Assembly (NCBI GenBank): GCA_043751715.1
Contig: JAYUZO010000084.1
Coordinates: forward strand, 1-62,322
From: Rhodobacterales bacterium
Lineage (GTDB): Bacteria; Pseudomonadota; Alphaproteobacteria; Rhodobacterales; Rhodobacteraceae
DNA length: 62,322 nucleotides
Direction: 5' to 3'
The notes beneath the pieces were generated by a model. The model saw only the letters and a list, made by a program, of their open reading frames with translations, was not told where the DNA came from and made no database searches. Positions 34,051 to 43,146 of this stretch are shown here, one piece after another. The position numbers were made by a program, and so were the translations under genes. The number at the start of each line of letters is the position of its first letter. The first letter of the stretch is position 1.

Positions 34051-34998
34051 TTAACCGCGCTTGACCGGTTTGGCCAAAGGGTGGTGCGTTAGAACCAGAT
34101 CGCGCAGGTGATCATCCACGACATGGGTGTAAATCTCGGTCGTGGCTATATCGGCATGGCCGAGCAGGGTCTGGATCACCCGCAAATCCGCGCCCCCCGC
34201 CAGCAGATGCGTGGCAAACGCGTGGCGCAATGTGTGCGGTGTGACCTTGGCCGGGTCAACGCCTGCCGTCATGGCGATGTCCTTGATCAGCGTGTAAAAA
34301 TACTGTCGTGTCAGAAAGCCTTCGGTGCCTGACCCCGGAAACAGGTAGCGCGATGCGATGCCGCCTTTCAGACGCGCGGCATCGTCCATCTTGTCCTTTT
34401 TCGCCAACCAGGCCTGCACCGCCACACGCGCGGGCGGTGACAATGGCACCATGCGTTCTTTGTTACCCTTGCCGCGCACCAGAATCATCCGTGGATCACC
34501 CCGCACGGCGGATACCGGCAGGGTTACCAGTTCGGATACCCGCATCCCCGTGGCATACAGCAGTTCCAGCAGGCAATGGTTGCGCAGCCTGTCTGTGGCA
34601 TGACGCCCGGTGACAGATGCCGCACGCAGCAACGCGTCCACTTCGGCCACGGTCAGGGTTTTTGGCAGGGCCTTGTCACGCCCCGGTCCGGCAATACGCA
34701 AGGCCGGGTGATCTGCGCGCCAGCCTTCTTCATGTGCAAAGCGGAACATTTGCCGGATCGCCGACAGCCTGCGCGCCCGCGTGGCCTTGGACAGGCCCTG
34801 CGCATCACAGAACACCAGATAGCTTTCCACTGTGTCGCGCGTGGCTGTGGCAAAATTCAGCCCCTGACGCGCCAGCCAGCCTGCAAAATCCAAGAGATCA
34901 CGCCCATAGGCCAGCTGCGTGTTGCGTGCGGCGTCCAGTTCGGCCGCCTGCGCCTCAAGAAACGTTGCAATCCACCGCTCCATGCTGGCGGGTGCCAT
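34051..34998 (-). CDS. xerD: Site-specific tyrosine recombinase XerD
   Basis: 315 aa with the tyrosine recombinase catalytic pattern (ATGMRVSEL ... HTLRHAFATHLL ... LLGHADIATTEIYTHV). It sits in the alphaproteobacterial xerD / aroK-aroB neighbourhood. Confidence 0.75.
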   Translation of the reverse strand: MAPASMERWIATFLEAQAAELDAARNTQLAYGRDLLDFAGWLARQGLNFATATRDTVESYLVFCDAQGLSKATRARRLSAIRQMFRFAHEEGWRADHPALRIAGPGRDKALPKTLTVAEVDALLRAASVTGRHATDRLRNHCLLELLYATGMRVSELVTLPVSAVRGDPRMILVRGKGNKERMVPLSPPARVAVQAWLAKKDKMDDAARLKGGIASRYLFPGSGTEGFLTRQYFYTLIKDIAMTAGVDPAKVTPHTLRHAFATHLLAGGADLRVIQTLLGHADIATTEIYTHVVDDHLRDLVLTHHPLAKPVKRG

Positions 34999-35003
34999 GG
35001 CGG

Positions 35004-36560
35004 TTATCCCCGCCGTTCCAGCAAAATCAGTTCAAGTGCCGTGCGCCGCGCCACATCTTCCAGCCCCACCTGCCGCAGCAACGCCAGACCGTCGGTCACG
35101 CCGCGCAATTCGCCCGTCACCCCGCGTGTGATCTGATCAATCGCCAGCAGCAGGGCTTCACCCAAACGGCCCTGCTTGAGCAAAAGGTCGGCTTCTGGCG
35201 AAATGGTTGCTGACAGGAATGCAGGCGCAATGGCGCGCCCCATGCCATCGGGTGCCGCCAAACCTTCGACCGTGCCTGTTGCCAGCCCCTTCAGAAACAG
35301 TTCCCGCTTGTCCGTGGTCTGATGATTTGCGGCAAACCGTTCGTAAAACGGTGACAGCAGGCCAATTTCAAACGCCAGCGCGCCAGACGCCCCCGCCAGA
35401 TCCAGCGCCATCAGCCGTTCGGCATAAAGCGTGGCAAAGGTCACCTCTAACTGTTGGTCTTCCATGGCCGCCCAGACCAGTGGCAGTGCTGTTGTGATCC
35501 GGTCCATGTCGCGCGCGACAAGTGCTGCGTCGAACCGCTGGAACGCGGCAACCCTGTCCCACACCCCGCCAGATGCCGCCGGATCGTCTTTGGTGTACAG
35601 CCCCAACAGCAGATTGGGCGCAATCGCCCCTGCACTTGCCAGCCGCTCTGCCGCCTCAATCTGCGCTTTCAGGCCCGACTGGTTGGAAAGATCTGCATGG
35701 GCAAAGGCAATCGGCAGGTTCGCAGTCGACATCGGCTCACCGATGGCCTCAAACAGACGCCAGTTCAGCGGCGTGATGCGGGCCGGGCGCGGTGGGGCCG
35801 GGTCATTTTCGTACAGGTCCGGGTCAAGAAACCGCGACAGCAGCGCCTCATCGGCCGCGTCCACATCCCCCAGCGTGACGCCCGTACGCAATGACAGCGC
35901 CGCCGCTGCCCAATCGCCCGACCGCGCAATACAAAAGATGCGCGCCGGAAAGGTCGGGGCCAGTGCGGGCGTGTCCAGCAGCACCTTGCATTGCTGGTCT
36001 TCCGTGCCGGTCAGCAAGGACACGTCAAAGGCGCGTTGAAACAAAGCTGGCTGTGTCGTATTGGCGGCGCCAAGCAGGGCCTGCGCCTGATCCAGTGCGC
36101 CCAGTGACAGCAGCTTGTCCACGCGCAACATCAGCAACTGGCCGTTCCCGGTGGAATCAACCGGTGGGCTGGTTTCTGCCAACAGGATGGTGACCAGCAA
36201 TTGCCGCAGCGCCGGCAGTGCGCCTGCGCGTTCAACCGTGATGCTGGCCGCAATCTCATCGGCCAGACCCATGCCCCACAGGTTTTGCGGCAAACCCGTC
36301 ACCTGTGGCGATAGCAGCCCCACACCATCCAGATTTGGCCCGCCGATCACCGACACCGTCACATCTTCGGGCAGCGCGCCATTGGCAACGGGTGCTTCGT
36401 CCGTGGGCACCACTGGTTTGGGTGATGCATTGCTGCCAGCCGTCACCACCGGCACCTCAACCGATAGCGATAACCAGTCGATCGCCGACATCGGCGTTTC
36501 TGCACGCGCGCCATCTGCGCCAAACAGCGCCAGAAACAGCGTGGCCTCCCTAATCCGCAT
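35004..36560 (-). CDS. Conserved hypothetical secreted protein
   Basis: ATG at 36560 (MRIREATLFLALFGADGARA, signal peptide). About 518 aa, Ala/Leu-rich, with genome-typical codon use. No family recognised. Confidence 0.6.
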   Translation of the reverse strand: MRIREATLFLALFGADGARAETPMSAIDWLSLSVEVPVVTAGSNASPKPVVPTDEAPVANGALPEDVTVSVIGGPNLDGVGLLSPQVTGLPQNLWGMGLADEIAASITVERAGALPALRQLLVTILLAETSPPVDSTGNGQLLMLRVDKLLSLGALDQAQALLGAANTTQPALFQRAFDVSLLTGTEDQQCKVLLDTPALAPTFPARIFCIARSGDWAAAALSLRTGVTLGDVDAADEALLSRFLDPDLYENDPAPPRPARITPLNWRLFEAIGEPMSTANLPIAFAHADLSNQSGLKAQIEAAERLASAGAIAPNLLLGLYTKDDPAASGGVWDRVAAFQRFDAALVARDMDRITTALPLVWAAMEDQQLEVTFATLYAERLMALDLAGASGALAFEIGLLSPFYERFAANHQTTDKRELFLKGLATGTVEGLAAPDGMGRAIAPAFLSATISPEADLLLKQGRLGEALLLAIDQITRGVTGELRGVTDGLALLRQVGLEDVARRTALELILLERRG

Positions 36561-36687
36561 CAAGGGTTACCGGTTGTGTGACATCGCGTTGCACGGGCGA
36601 TAAATCACCCAGATAGGCATAGGCTGCCAATGCGATAAACCCCAGCACCATTACCACCAGCAAAAATTTGATCAGACGCCACATCAT
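36550..36687 (-). CDS. Small membrane protein (45 aa), unannotated in the ORF track
   Basis: ATGATG at 36687 is preceded by GGAGGGG. The translation is MMWRLIKFLLVVMVLGFIALAAYAYLGDLSPVQRDVTQPVTLDAD*, with one clear TM helix. The stop overlaps the start of the downstream gene by 11 nt. Confidence 0.45.
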   Translation of the reverse strand: MMWRLIKFLLVVMVLGFIALAAYAYLGDLSPVQRDVTQPVTLDAD

Positions 36688-36891
36688 CGCAGCCCCTCCG
36701 TTTCTTTTTGTTGGGTCGCCCCCCGGAATGGGGACAAGAACCGGTTTACAGTCTCATAGGCTGTGCCACGTCTGATGACAAATACATATGGCAATCCGGA
36801 CGTGTTCACGCCATTGAGAATACCGAAAAGGGTGGCTGACCCAAGCAGGCCAGTTGCCCTTTGCGCAACAGCTAAGGACGCGAAGGCCGTG

Positions 36892-37434
36892 ATGCTGAAA
36901 AAGACGGTGGTCATGGTGGGTATGATGGGGGCGGGGAAAACCGCCGTTGGCACCGCCCTTGCGCGCCAACTGTCCGTGCCTTTTGTGGATTCCGACGAAG
37001 AAATCGTGCGCGCCGCCCAGCGCAGCATCGCTGAAATCTTTGACCGCGACGGTGAGCCGTTCTTTCGCGCCCGCGAAACCGAGGTGATCGGGCGGCTGCT
37101 GCGCGGCCCGCCTTGTGTGCTGTCCACGGGCGGGGGGGCGTTCCTATCACCAGTGAACCGTGAAATGATATCCGAAGTCGGCGCGTCGGTCTGGTTGCGG
37201 GCTGACCTTGATCTGCTCTGGCAGCGCGTGCGCCACAAGGCGACACGGCCCCTGCTGCGCACGGCCAACCCGCGCCAGACGCTTGCTGATATTTATGCCG
37301 TGCGGGTGCCTGTCTACGGGTTGGCAGATTTCACCGTGGACGCTGTGCCTGATGTCACAGTGGAGGTGATGGCAACCTTGGTGGCCACCGCACTGGCGCA
37401 GCGCCCCGATGTATTGGAAATGGGTGAAAAATGA
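36892..37434 (+). CDS. aroK: Shikimate kinase
   Basis: ATG at 36892 (MLKKTVVMVGMMGAGKTAVGTALARQL, Walker A). About 180 aa. The stop overlaps the aroB start (ATGA). Confidence 0.9.
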   Translation: MLKKTVVMVGMMGAGKTAVGTALARQLSVPFVDSDEEIVRAAQRSIAEIFDRDGEPFFRARETEVIGRLLRGPPCVLSTGGGAFLSPVNREMISEVGASVWLRADLDLLWQRVRHKATRPLLRTANPRQTLADIYAVRVPVYGLADFTVDAVPDVTVEVMATLVATALAQRPDVLEMGEK

Positions 37435-38537
37435 CCATCGACCGCGTTCATGTCGATCTTGGCGCGCGCAGCTATGATGTGCTGATCGGCTCTGGCCTGA
37501 TTGATACGGCAGGGGCCGAAATCGCCCCGCTGCTGCGGCGCAAAAGGGTGGCGATTGTCACCGATGACCGGGTTGCGCCCCTGCATCTGGCGCGGCTTGA
37601 GGCGGCATTGGCGCAGGCGGGGATTGCGTCGGTGGCACTGGTGCTGCCTGCGGGCGAAGGCACCAAAGACTGGGCGCATCTGGGCCATACTGTTGATTGG
37701 CTGCTGGGCCAAAAGGTGGAACGCCGTGATCTGGTGATTGCCTTTGGTGGCGGCGTGATCGGTGATCTGGTGGGCTTTGCAGCAGCCATTTTGCGGCGCG
37801 GCGTGCGGTTTGTGCAAATACCGACCACACTTTTGGCACAGGTCGACAGCTCGGTTGGGGGTAAGACCGGGATCAACACGCCGCATGGCAAAAATCTGGT
37901 CGGCGCGTTTCACCAGCCAACCCGCGTGCTGGCTGATATTGATGTGTTGGGCACACTGCCACAGCGCGACTTTCTGGCAGGCTACGGTGAGGTGGTGAAA
38001 TATGGCCTGCTGGGGGACGCCGCGTTCTTTGACTGGCTGGAGGTGTTTGGGCCGGCATTGGCGGGCGATGCCGTGGCGCGCCAAAAAGCAGTGCAGCGAT
38101 CGGTGGAGATGAAGGCCGGGATCGTCAGCCGGGACGAGACGGAAGTGGGCGAGCGCGCGCTGCTGAACCTGGGCCACACGTTCTGCCATGCACTGGAAAA
38201 GGCCACGGGGTATTCTGACCGCCTGTTGCACGGTGAAGGCGTGGCCATCGGCTGTGCACTGGCGTTTGAGCTGTCGATGCGCCTTGGCCTGTGCCCGCAA
38301 GAGGTGCCCAGCCGAGTGCGCGCGCATTTGCGGGCCATGGGGATGAAAACCGATATGGCCGATATCGGTGGTGATTTGCCGGGGCCAGAGGTGCTGCTGG
38401 ACCTGATGGGGCAGGACAAAAAGGTAATGGACGGCAAGCTGCGGTTCATTCTGGTGCGCGGCATCGGTGAGGCGTTCGTGGCAGATGATGTGCCGGGGGA
38501 TGCGGTGCTAACGCTTTTGCGGGATCAGTTCAGGTAA
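37431..38537 (+). CDS. aroB: 3-dehydroquinate synthase
   Basis: 368 aa. GGGVIGDLVGFAAA, VDSSVGGKTGIN and LNLGHTFCHALE are typical AroB motifs. Confidence 0.92.
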   Translation: MTIDRVHVDLGARSYDVLIGSGLIDTAGAEIAPLLRRKRVAIVTDDRVAPLHLARLEAALAQAGIASVALVLPAGEGTKDWAHLGHTVDWLLGQKVERRDLVIAFGGGVIGDLVGFAAAILRRGVRFVQIPTTLLAQVDSSVGGKTGINTPHGKNLVGAFHQPTRVLADIDVLGTLPQRDFLAGYGEVVKYGLLGDAAFFDWLEVFGPALAGDAVARQKAVQRSVEMKAGIVSRDETEVGERALLNLGHTFCHALEKATGYSDRLLHGEGVAIGCALAFELSMRLGLCPQEVPSRVRAHLRAMGMKTDMADIGGDLPGPEVLLDLMGQDKKVMDGKLRFILVRGIGEAFVADDVPGDAVLTLLRDQFR

Positions 38538-38566
38538 AGCGTTAGGATCGCCGTCTAAAAGGCTGT

Positions 38567-39304
38567 TTAAGAATAATAATCTGGCGCGGTGCGCAGGGTT
38601 TTCCACTGCATTGGGCAGTGCCCCCAGATGCAAAGATCAGCCTTCATCGCCAACAGGCGCGCTGCATGTGCCAGTGCCAGACCGGGGTTATGGGCATCAC
38701 CAAACCCCTCATCGGGTTCTGATGGGCGTGAAATGGCATCTGATGTGATCAGCACCCGCCCGGTTTGCGGCAGATCAAACCGTAGGGCCAATTGCCCCGG
38801 CGTATGCCCCGGCACGTGCAGCACTGTAAAATGCGGGCCAATATCGGTATCTTCATGTACAGCCCGCCATTCGGCCTGCGGCCATGCCATTGGTTGAACC
38901 CCGGCCCAATACAAAGGGCGAGGCAGCGCGCGTTCTTCGGCACCGATGATGATGGGCAGGTGGGTGACATGCGGCAGCCCGCCGATATGGTCAATATGGC
39001 TGTGGGTCAGGATCAGCAGATCAAGATCGCTGGGCGCCAGACCCAGCAAGGCAAGTTGCGCAACGATCAGGTTTTGCGGCGTGAAATCCACAAGATGGCC
39101 GAACGGATCCAGCCCATCCGCAACACCCGCCGCCGCAGGATCGGTGCCGTATCCATCGCGAAATCCGGTATCAACCAGCACACGTTCACCCTGGTCGGTG
39201 GTGACAAGAAACGCGGGAATGCCGATCATGCGCCCGGCCCTTACAGCAAAGGCGCCAAGGTTCAGGATATGCAGGCTGGCGGGGCGTCCGTGCAGGATCA
39301 TCAC
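38567..39304 (-). CDS. MBL-fold metallo-hydrolase, N-acyl homoserine lactonase-like
   Basis: 245 aa with the HxHxDH motif (LTHSHIDHIGG) and a later HVPGHTPG. The size and pattern match AiiA/AttM-type lactonases, but substrate cannot be inferred from sequence alone. Confidence 0.65.
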   Translation of the reverse strand: MMILHGRPASLHILNLGAFAVRAGRMIGIPAFLVTTDQGERVLVDTGFRDGYGTDPAAAGVADGLDPFGHLVDFTPQNLIVAQLALLGLAPSDLDLLILTHSHIDHIGGLPHVTHLPIIIGAEERALPRPLYWAGVQPMAWPQAEWRAVHEDTDIGPHFTVLHVPGHTPGQLALRFDLPQTGRVLITSDAISRPSEPDEGFGDAHNPGLALAHAARLLAMKADLCIWGHCPMQWKTLRTAPDYYS

Positions 39305-39322
39305 GCTGTTCCGGGTGTAAGT

Positions 39323-39397
39323 TGGCTGGGGCGCCAGGATTCGAACCTGGGTATGTCGGTACCAAAAACCGATGCCTTACCGCTTGGCGACGCCCCA
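39323..39397 (-). tRNA. tRNA-Gln (anticodon UUG)
   Basis: The reverse complement is TGGGGCGTCGCCAAGCGGTAAGGCATCGGTTTTTGGTACCGACATACCCAGGTTCGAATCCTGGCGCCCCAGCCA. It closely parallels E. coli tRNA-Gln(UUG), with a cloverleaf, GTTCGAATC T-loop and encoded CCA. Confidence 0.9.
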
Positions 39398-39499
39398 ACT
39401 GCCGGGGTGTTTAGCCGCTGCACCCATGGCCTGCAAGGGGGGAAGTGACGGAATTTGCAGGCTGTTGTTTGCGCCGGTGTTTCCCGTTAGCACAGCGGC

Positions 39500-40666
39500 A
39501 TGAAGGTAGATGTCATCGTGCTGGGGGCTGGGGCGGCGGGCTTGTTCGCCGGCATCGAGGCTGCGCGCCGTGGCCGCAGTGTGCTGGTGGTGGATCATGC
39601 ACGCGCACCGGGCGAAAAGATCCGCATTTCCGGTGGTGGGCGGTGCAATTTCACCAACCTGGGTATCGCGCCGGACCGGTTCCTGTCACAGAACCCGCGT
39701 TTCGCGCTGTCAGCGCTGAAACGTTACACGCAGTGGGATTTCATTGCGCGGATGGATGGTTGGGGCATTGCCTGGCACGAAAAGACGCTGGGCCAACTGT
39801 TCTGCGATGGGCCCGCGACACAGGTCGTGCGGGCGCTGACGGATGATCTGGCGCGGGCGGGCGGCCTGCTGTGGACAGATTGCGCGATTGGCGCGGTACA
39901 GTCGGGGTTCACCGTTGAAACGGCGCGGGGTGCGGTGCAGGCGGATTCGGTGATCGTGGCGACAGGGGGCAAGTCTGTTCCCAAGATGGGGGCGACGGGC
40001 TTTGGCTACCGCGTGGCGGAACAGTTCGGGCTGCCGTTGGTAGAAACGCGCCCCGGTCTGGTGCCGCTGACACTGGCTGAGCAAGAGTTGGAGCGGGTCA
40101 AGCCGTTGGCGGGCGTGGCGGTGCAGGGGCGGGCCATGGCCGAAGGTGCTGGGTTTGACGAAGCGGTGCTGTTCACGCACCGCGGCCTTTCGGGGCCAGC
40201 GGTGCTGCAGGCAAGTTCGTATTGGCGTGAAGGGGGGGTGCTGACGCTTGATCTTGCGCGCGGGGCGGGGGTGGCGGCACTGTTGCGGGCAGCGCGGGGT
40301 GATGCGGGGCGGCAGGCGGTGGCAACGGTGTTGGGGCGGTGTTTGCCCGACAGGCTGGCGCGGTTTGTGGTAGACCAGCTTGGCGTGACAGGCACGTTGG
40401 CGGACCAGTCAAATGCGGGGTTGGACCGGATCGGGGCGGCGGTGCATGGCTGGCAGATAACGCCCGTGGGATCAGAAGGTTACCGCACGGCTGAGGTGAC
40501 GTTGGGCGGCGTTTCAACCGACGCACTGGATGGCCGCACGTTGGCGGCCAAGGGGGTGCCGGGCCTGTATTTCGTGGGTGAGGTGGTGGATGTGACGGGC
40601 TGGCTGGGCGGATACAACTTTCAGTGGGCCTGGTCGAGCGGGTGGGCGGCCGGGCAGGTGGCATAG
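39500..40666 (+). CDS. NAD(P)/FAD-dependent oxidoreductase, HI0933/YhiN (BaiN-like) family
   Basis: 388 aa. The N-terminal dinucleotide fold is VIVLGAGAAGLFAG, followed by RISGGGRCNFTN. The C-terminal FVGEVVDVTGWLGGYNFQWAWSSG is typical of this family. Confidence 0.8.
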   Translation: MKVDVIVLGAGAAGLFAGIEAARRGRSVLVVDHARAPGEKIRISGGGRCNFTNLGIAPDRFLSQNPRFALSALKRYTQWDFIARMDGWGIAWHEKTLGQLFCDGPATQVVRALTDDLARAGGLLWTDCAIGAVQSGFTVETARGAVQADSVIVATGGKSVPKMGATGFGYRVAEQFGLPLVETRPGLVPLTLAEQELERVKPLAGVAVQGRAMAEGAGFDEAVLFTHRGLSGPAVLQASSYWREGGVLTLDLARGAGVAALLRAARGDAGRQAVATVLGRCLPDRLARFVVDQLGVTGTLADQSNAGLDRIGAAVHGWQITPVGSEGYRTAEVTLGGVSTDALDGRTLAAKGVPGLYFVGEVVDVTGWLGGYNFQWAWSSGWAAGQVA

Positions 40667-40687
40667 GGAGGTGGGCGGACGCCCGGC

Positions 40688-41518
40688 CTACATCACCACC
40701 GGATCGGCCTTGGCGACGCGGTCAAACGCCATCAGCGTGTCGATCAGCCGTGGCATATCGCGCAGATAGACCATGTTCGGACCATCAGAGGGCGAATTGT
40801 CCGGGTCCTGATGGGTTTCGATGAATACGCCCGCCACGCCAATGGCCACCGCCGCCCGCGCCATGACGGGTGCAAATTCACGTTGGCCGCCGGATGAATT
40901 CCCCTGCCCACCGGGCTGCTGCACAGAATGGGTGGCATCCATGATGACGGGATAACCGGTTTTGCCCATGATCGGCAGGCTGCGCATATCGGCAACCAGC
41001 GTGTTATAGCCAAAGCTGGCCCCGCGTTCGGTCAGCAGAATGTTCTGGTTACCGGTGCTGGCCACCTTGGCTGCGACATTGGCCATATCCCACGGTGCCA
41101 GAAACTGCCCCTTTTTGATGTTGATCACGGCGCCGGTTTGCCCTGCGGCCAGCAAAAGATCAGTCTGGCGGCACAAAAAGGCGGGAATTTGTATGACATC
41201 GACCACGTCTGCGGCGATCTTTGCCTGTTCGGCATCATGGATATCGGTCAGCACCGGCAGTCCAGAGGCGCGGATGGTGGCAAGAATTTGCAACCCGGAA
41301 TCAAGCCCCAACCCGCGTTTGCCCGACAGCGACGTGCGGTTGGCCTTGTCATAGCTTGCCTTGAATATGTACTGCGCGCCCGCGGCCTTGCAGGCCTCGG
41401 CCATGACCCCCGCTATCATCTGGGCGTGATCCAGACTTTCCAGCTGGCAGGGGCCTGCGATCACGGTCAGGGCCTGGGTGTTGCCACAGGTGACACTGCC
41501 AATCCGAACATCAGTCAT
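40688..41518 (-). CDS. kdsA: 3-deoxy-8-phosphooctulonate (KDO-8-P) synthase
   Basis: 276 aa. IAGPCQLES, FKASYDKANR and DATHSVQ motifs are present. Confidence 0.92.
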   Translation of the reverse strand: MTDVRIGSVTCGNTQALTVIAGPCQLESLDHAQMIAGVMAEACKAAGAQYIFKASYDKANRTSLSGKRGLGLDSGLQILATIRASGLPVLTDIHDAEQAKIAADVVDVIQIPAFLCRQTDLLLAAGQTGAVINIKKGQFLAPWDMANVAAKVASTGNQNILLTERGASFGYNTLVADMRSLPIMGKTGYPVIMDATHSVQQPGGQGNSSGGQREFAPVMARAAVAIGVAGVFIETHQDPDNSPSDGPNMVYLRDMPRLIDTLMAFDRVAKADPVVM

Positions 41519-41529
41519 GCATTGCGTCC

Positions 41530-43146
41530 TTAAGAGGCGACCTGTTCGCGCAGGATTGCGGCGGTCATTGCGACCATCAGGTATATCCCGGCAAAGATCA
41601 GCATGGCCACCACTGTATTTTCAAATGCGCGCGGATAGGCGGCTTCGTCCTGTGCGATGGGCTGCTGGGTGACGGCAAGATAGCGCACCTGACGGTTCGC
41701 CTCAATCCGCGCGGTTTCAAGCTGTTGCAGGGTAGAGGCAAGCATCATCTGCCGGGTCTGCACATTGGCCTGTTCCACCAGAAGCTGGCCCTGCACCTGT
41801 GCCAGCGATTGTTTGCCTGTGCTGCCTTCGGTCATGCGTGACCGCAGGATGGCAATTTCCGCCTCGACCGCCTGAATGCGGCGGCGGATCGGGTCCATCC
41901 GGGCCTCATTGGGGGTGTCGTTGGATTCCATTTGCGCCAACGACAGCCGGTCAGTGGACAGCTGGGTTTCCAACTGGCCGATCTGGGTGGAAATCAGCTG
42001 TATTTCCACCTCGGATGACAGCACTTCGGATTGTTCCTGTAACGCCACCAGTTTCTGCTGCGCCTCCAGCAGTTTCGCCTCGGCGTCGGTATAACTTGCC
42101 ATCGCATCATCCATCTGGTCGGTGCGTTTGCGTTGGCTGAGTTTATCAATTTCCTCTTCGGCATAGCCGATCAGCGCGCGGGTGAAATCAACCGCCAGCT
42201 GTGGATCGGGCGCCAGAACGGTCAGCCGGATCAGACCTTCGGTCGGGTCGTACGACACTTTGATCATGCGTTTGTAGATGCTGTAGGCGTCTTCAAAGCT
42301 TGAATCGGCAGACAGGCGTTGGATCGTGTCAATTTCGGGCCGCGAGAATACATCGATAAAGTTCAGATCGGCATCAAGGCGTTGCAGCCCGTCACGCGAT
42401 TGCAACAGATCCTGCGCACCTGACGCCTCTTTGTTGGCCTCAATCGCGCCACCGAACAAACCGCCTGCTGATGGCGCACCTCCTGCGGTGACCGCGCCAT
42501 CGGCCTGCTGAATGATGAACGCGGATTTGGTTTCAAACATCGGCGTGGCGATCATGTAATAATAATAGCCCGCAATGAATGTGGGCAGCATGACAAACAC
42601 CATCAGGCGCACCATCAGCAGCAAAGACCGGCGGCGGCGGCGTTTCATCAGGTCTTGCTGCATGCGCATCATTTCGGCGGCATGGCTGTTTTCGGCGCGC
42701 ACTTCGGTCGAAGGCACCTGAATGGGTTTCACGGTTTGCGGCAGTTTGATGCCGTCACCCTGCAAAGCCGTCAGCGCGGTTGACGGGGCCTTGGGTGCAT
42801 CGGTGGCGGGCGTGCCTTCCACGATATCCACCACGGCATTGCGGCCAAACGGGTTTAACCCGCGCGCGCGCAGCAGGCGCACCGCATCGAAATCAGACGT
42901 GGCAGGCAGGCCGTGCAATTGCGCCATACGCCGCGCAAGGCGCAACTGGCGGCCTGTCAGGCCTTCACGGCGAATGGCATCAATTTCGGTATCAGGGGGC
43001 GGGGTGGTGGCATTGGCGGCAGTTGGGAATGGCCCGGCACCAAAGCCGTCATCGGGGCGTTCAAACAGCGCTTCAGGCCCGGCTGCGCGCGGGGCGACAG
43101 CGGGCAGATCGGGTTTACGGATACGAAACCGGCTAGCTTTGAGCAT
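41530..43146 (-). CDS. kpsE: Capsule polysaccharide export inner-membrane protein (KpsE/RkpR-like, polysaccharide co-polymerase family) with long N-terminal extension
   Basis: ATG at 43146 (MLKASRFRIRKPD; alternative 43155). A TM helix (LLLMVRLMVFVMLPTFIAGYYYYMI) is followed by a long coiled-coil periplasmic region and a C-terminal TM helix. The ~190-aa N-terminal cytoplasmic extension is unusual. Confidence 0.65.
   Translation of the reverse strand: MLKASRFRIRKPDLPAVAPRAAGPEALFERPDDGFGAGPFPTAANATTPPPDTEIDAIRREGLTGRQLRLARRMAQLHGLPATSDFDAVRLLRARGLNPFGRNAVVDIVEGTPATDAPKAPSTALTALQGDGIKLPQTVKPIQVPSTEVRAENSHAAEMMRMQQDLMKRRRRRSLLLMVRLMVFVMLPTFIAGYYYYMIATPMFETKSAFIIQQADGAVTAGGAPSAGGLFGGAIEANKEASGAQDLLQSRDGLQRLDADLNFIDVFSRPEIDTIQRLSADSSFEDAYSIYKRMIKVSYDPTEGLIRLTVLAPDPQLAVDFTRALIGYAEEEIDKLSQRKRTDQMDDAMASYTDAEAKLLEAQQKLVALQEQSEVLSSEVEIQLISTQIGQLETQLSTDRLSLAQMESNDTPNEARMDPIRRRIQAVEAEIAILRSRMTEGSTGKQSLAQVQGQLLVEQANVQTRQMMLASTLQQLETARIEANRQVRYLAVTQQPIAQDEAAYPRAFENTVVAMLIFAGIYLMVAMTAAILREQVAS

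Noticed and set aside
34051-34998. Tyrosine recombinase as a possible integrase marking a mobile element
   Set aside because: The sequence and the xerD / aroK-aroB neighbourhood fit chromosomal XerD. I saw no flanking att-like direct repeats, phage genes or GC break.
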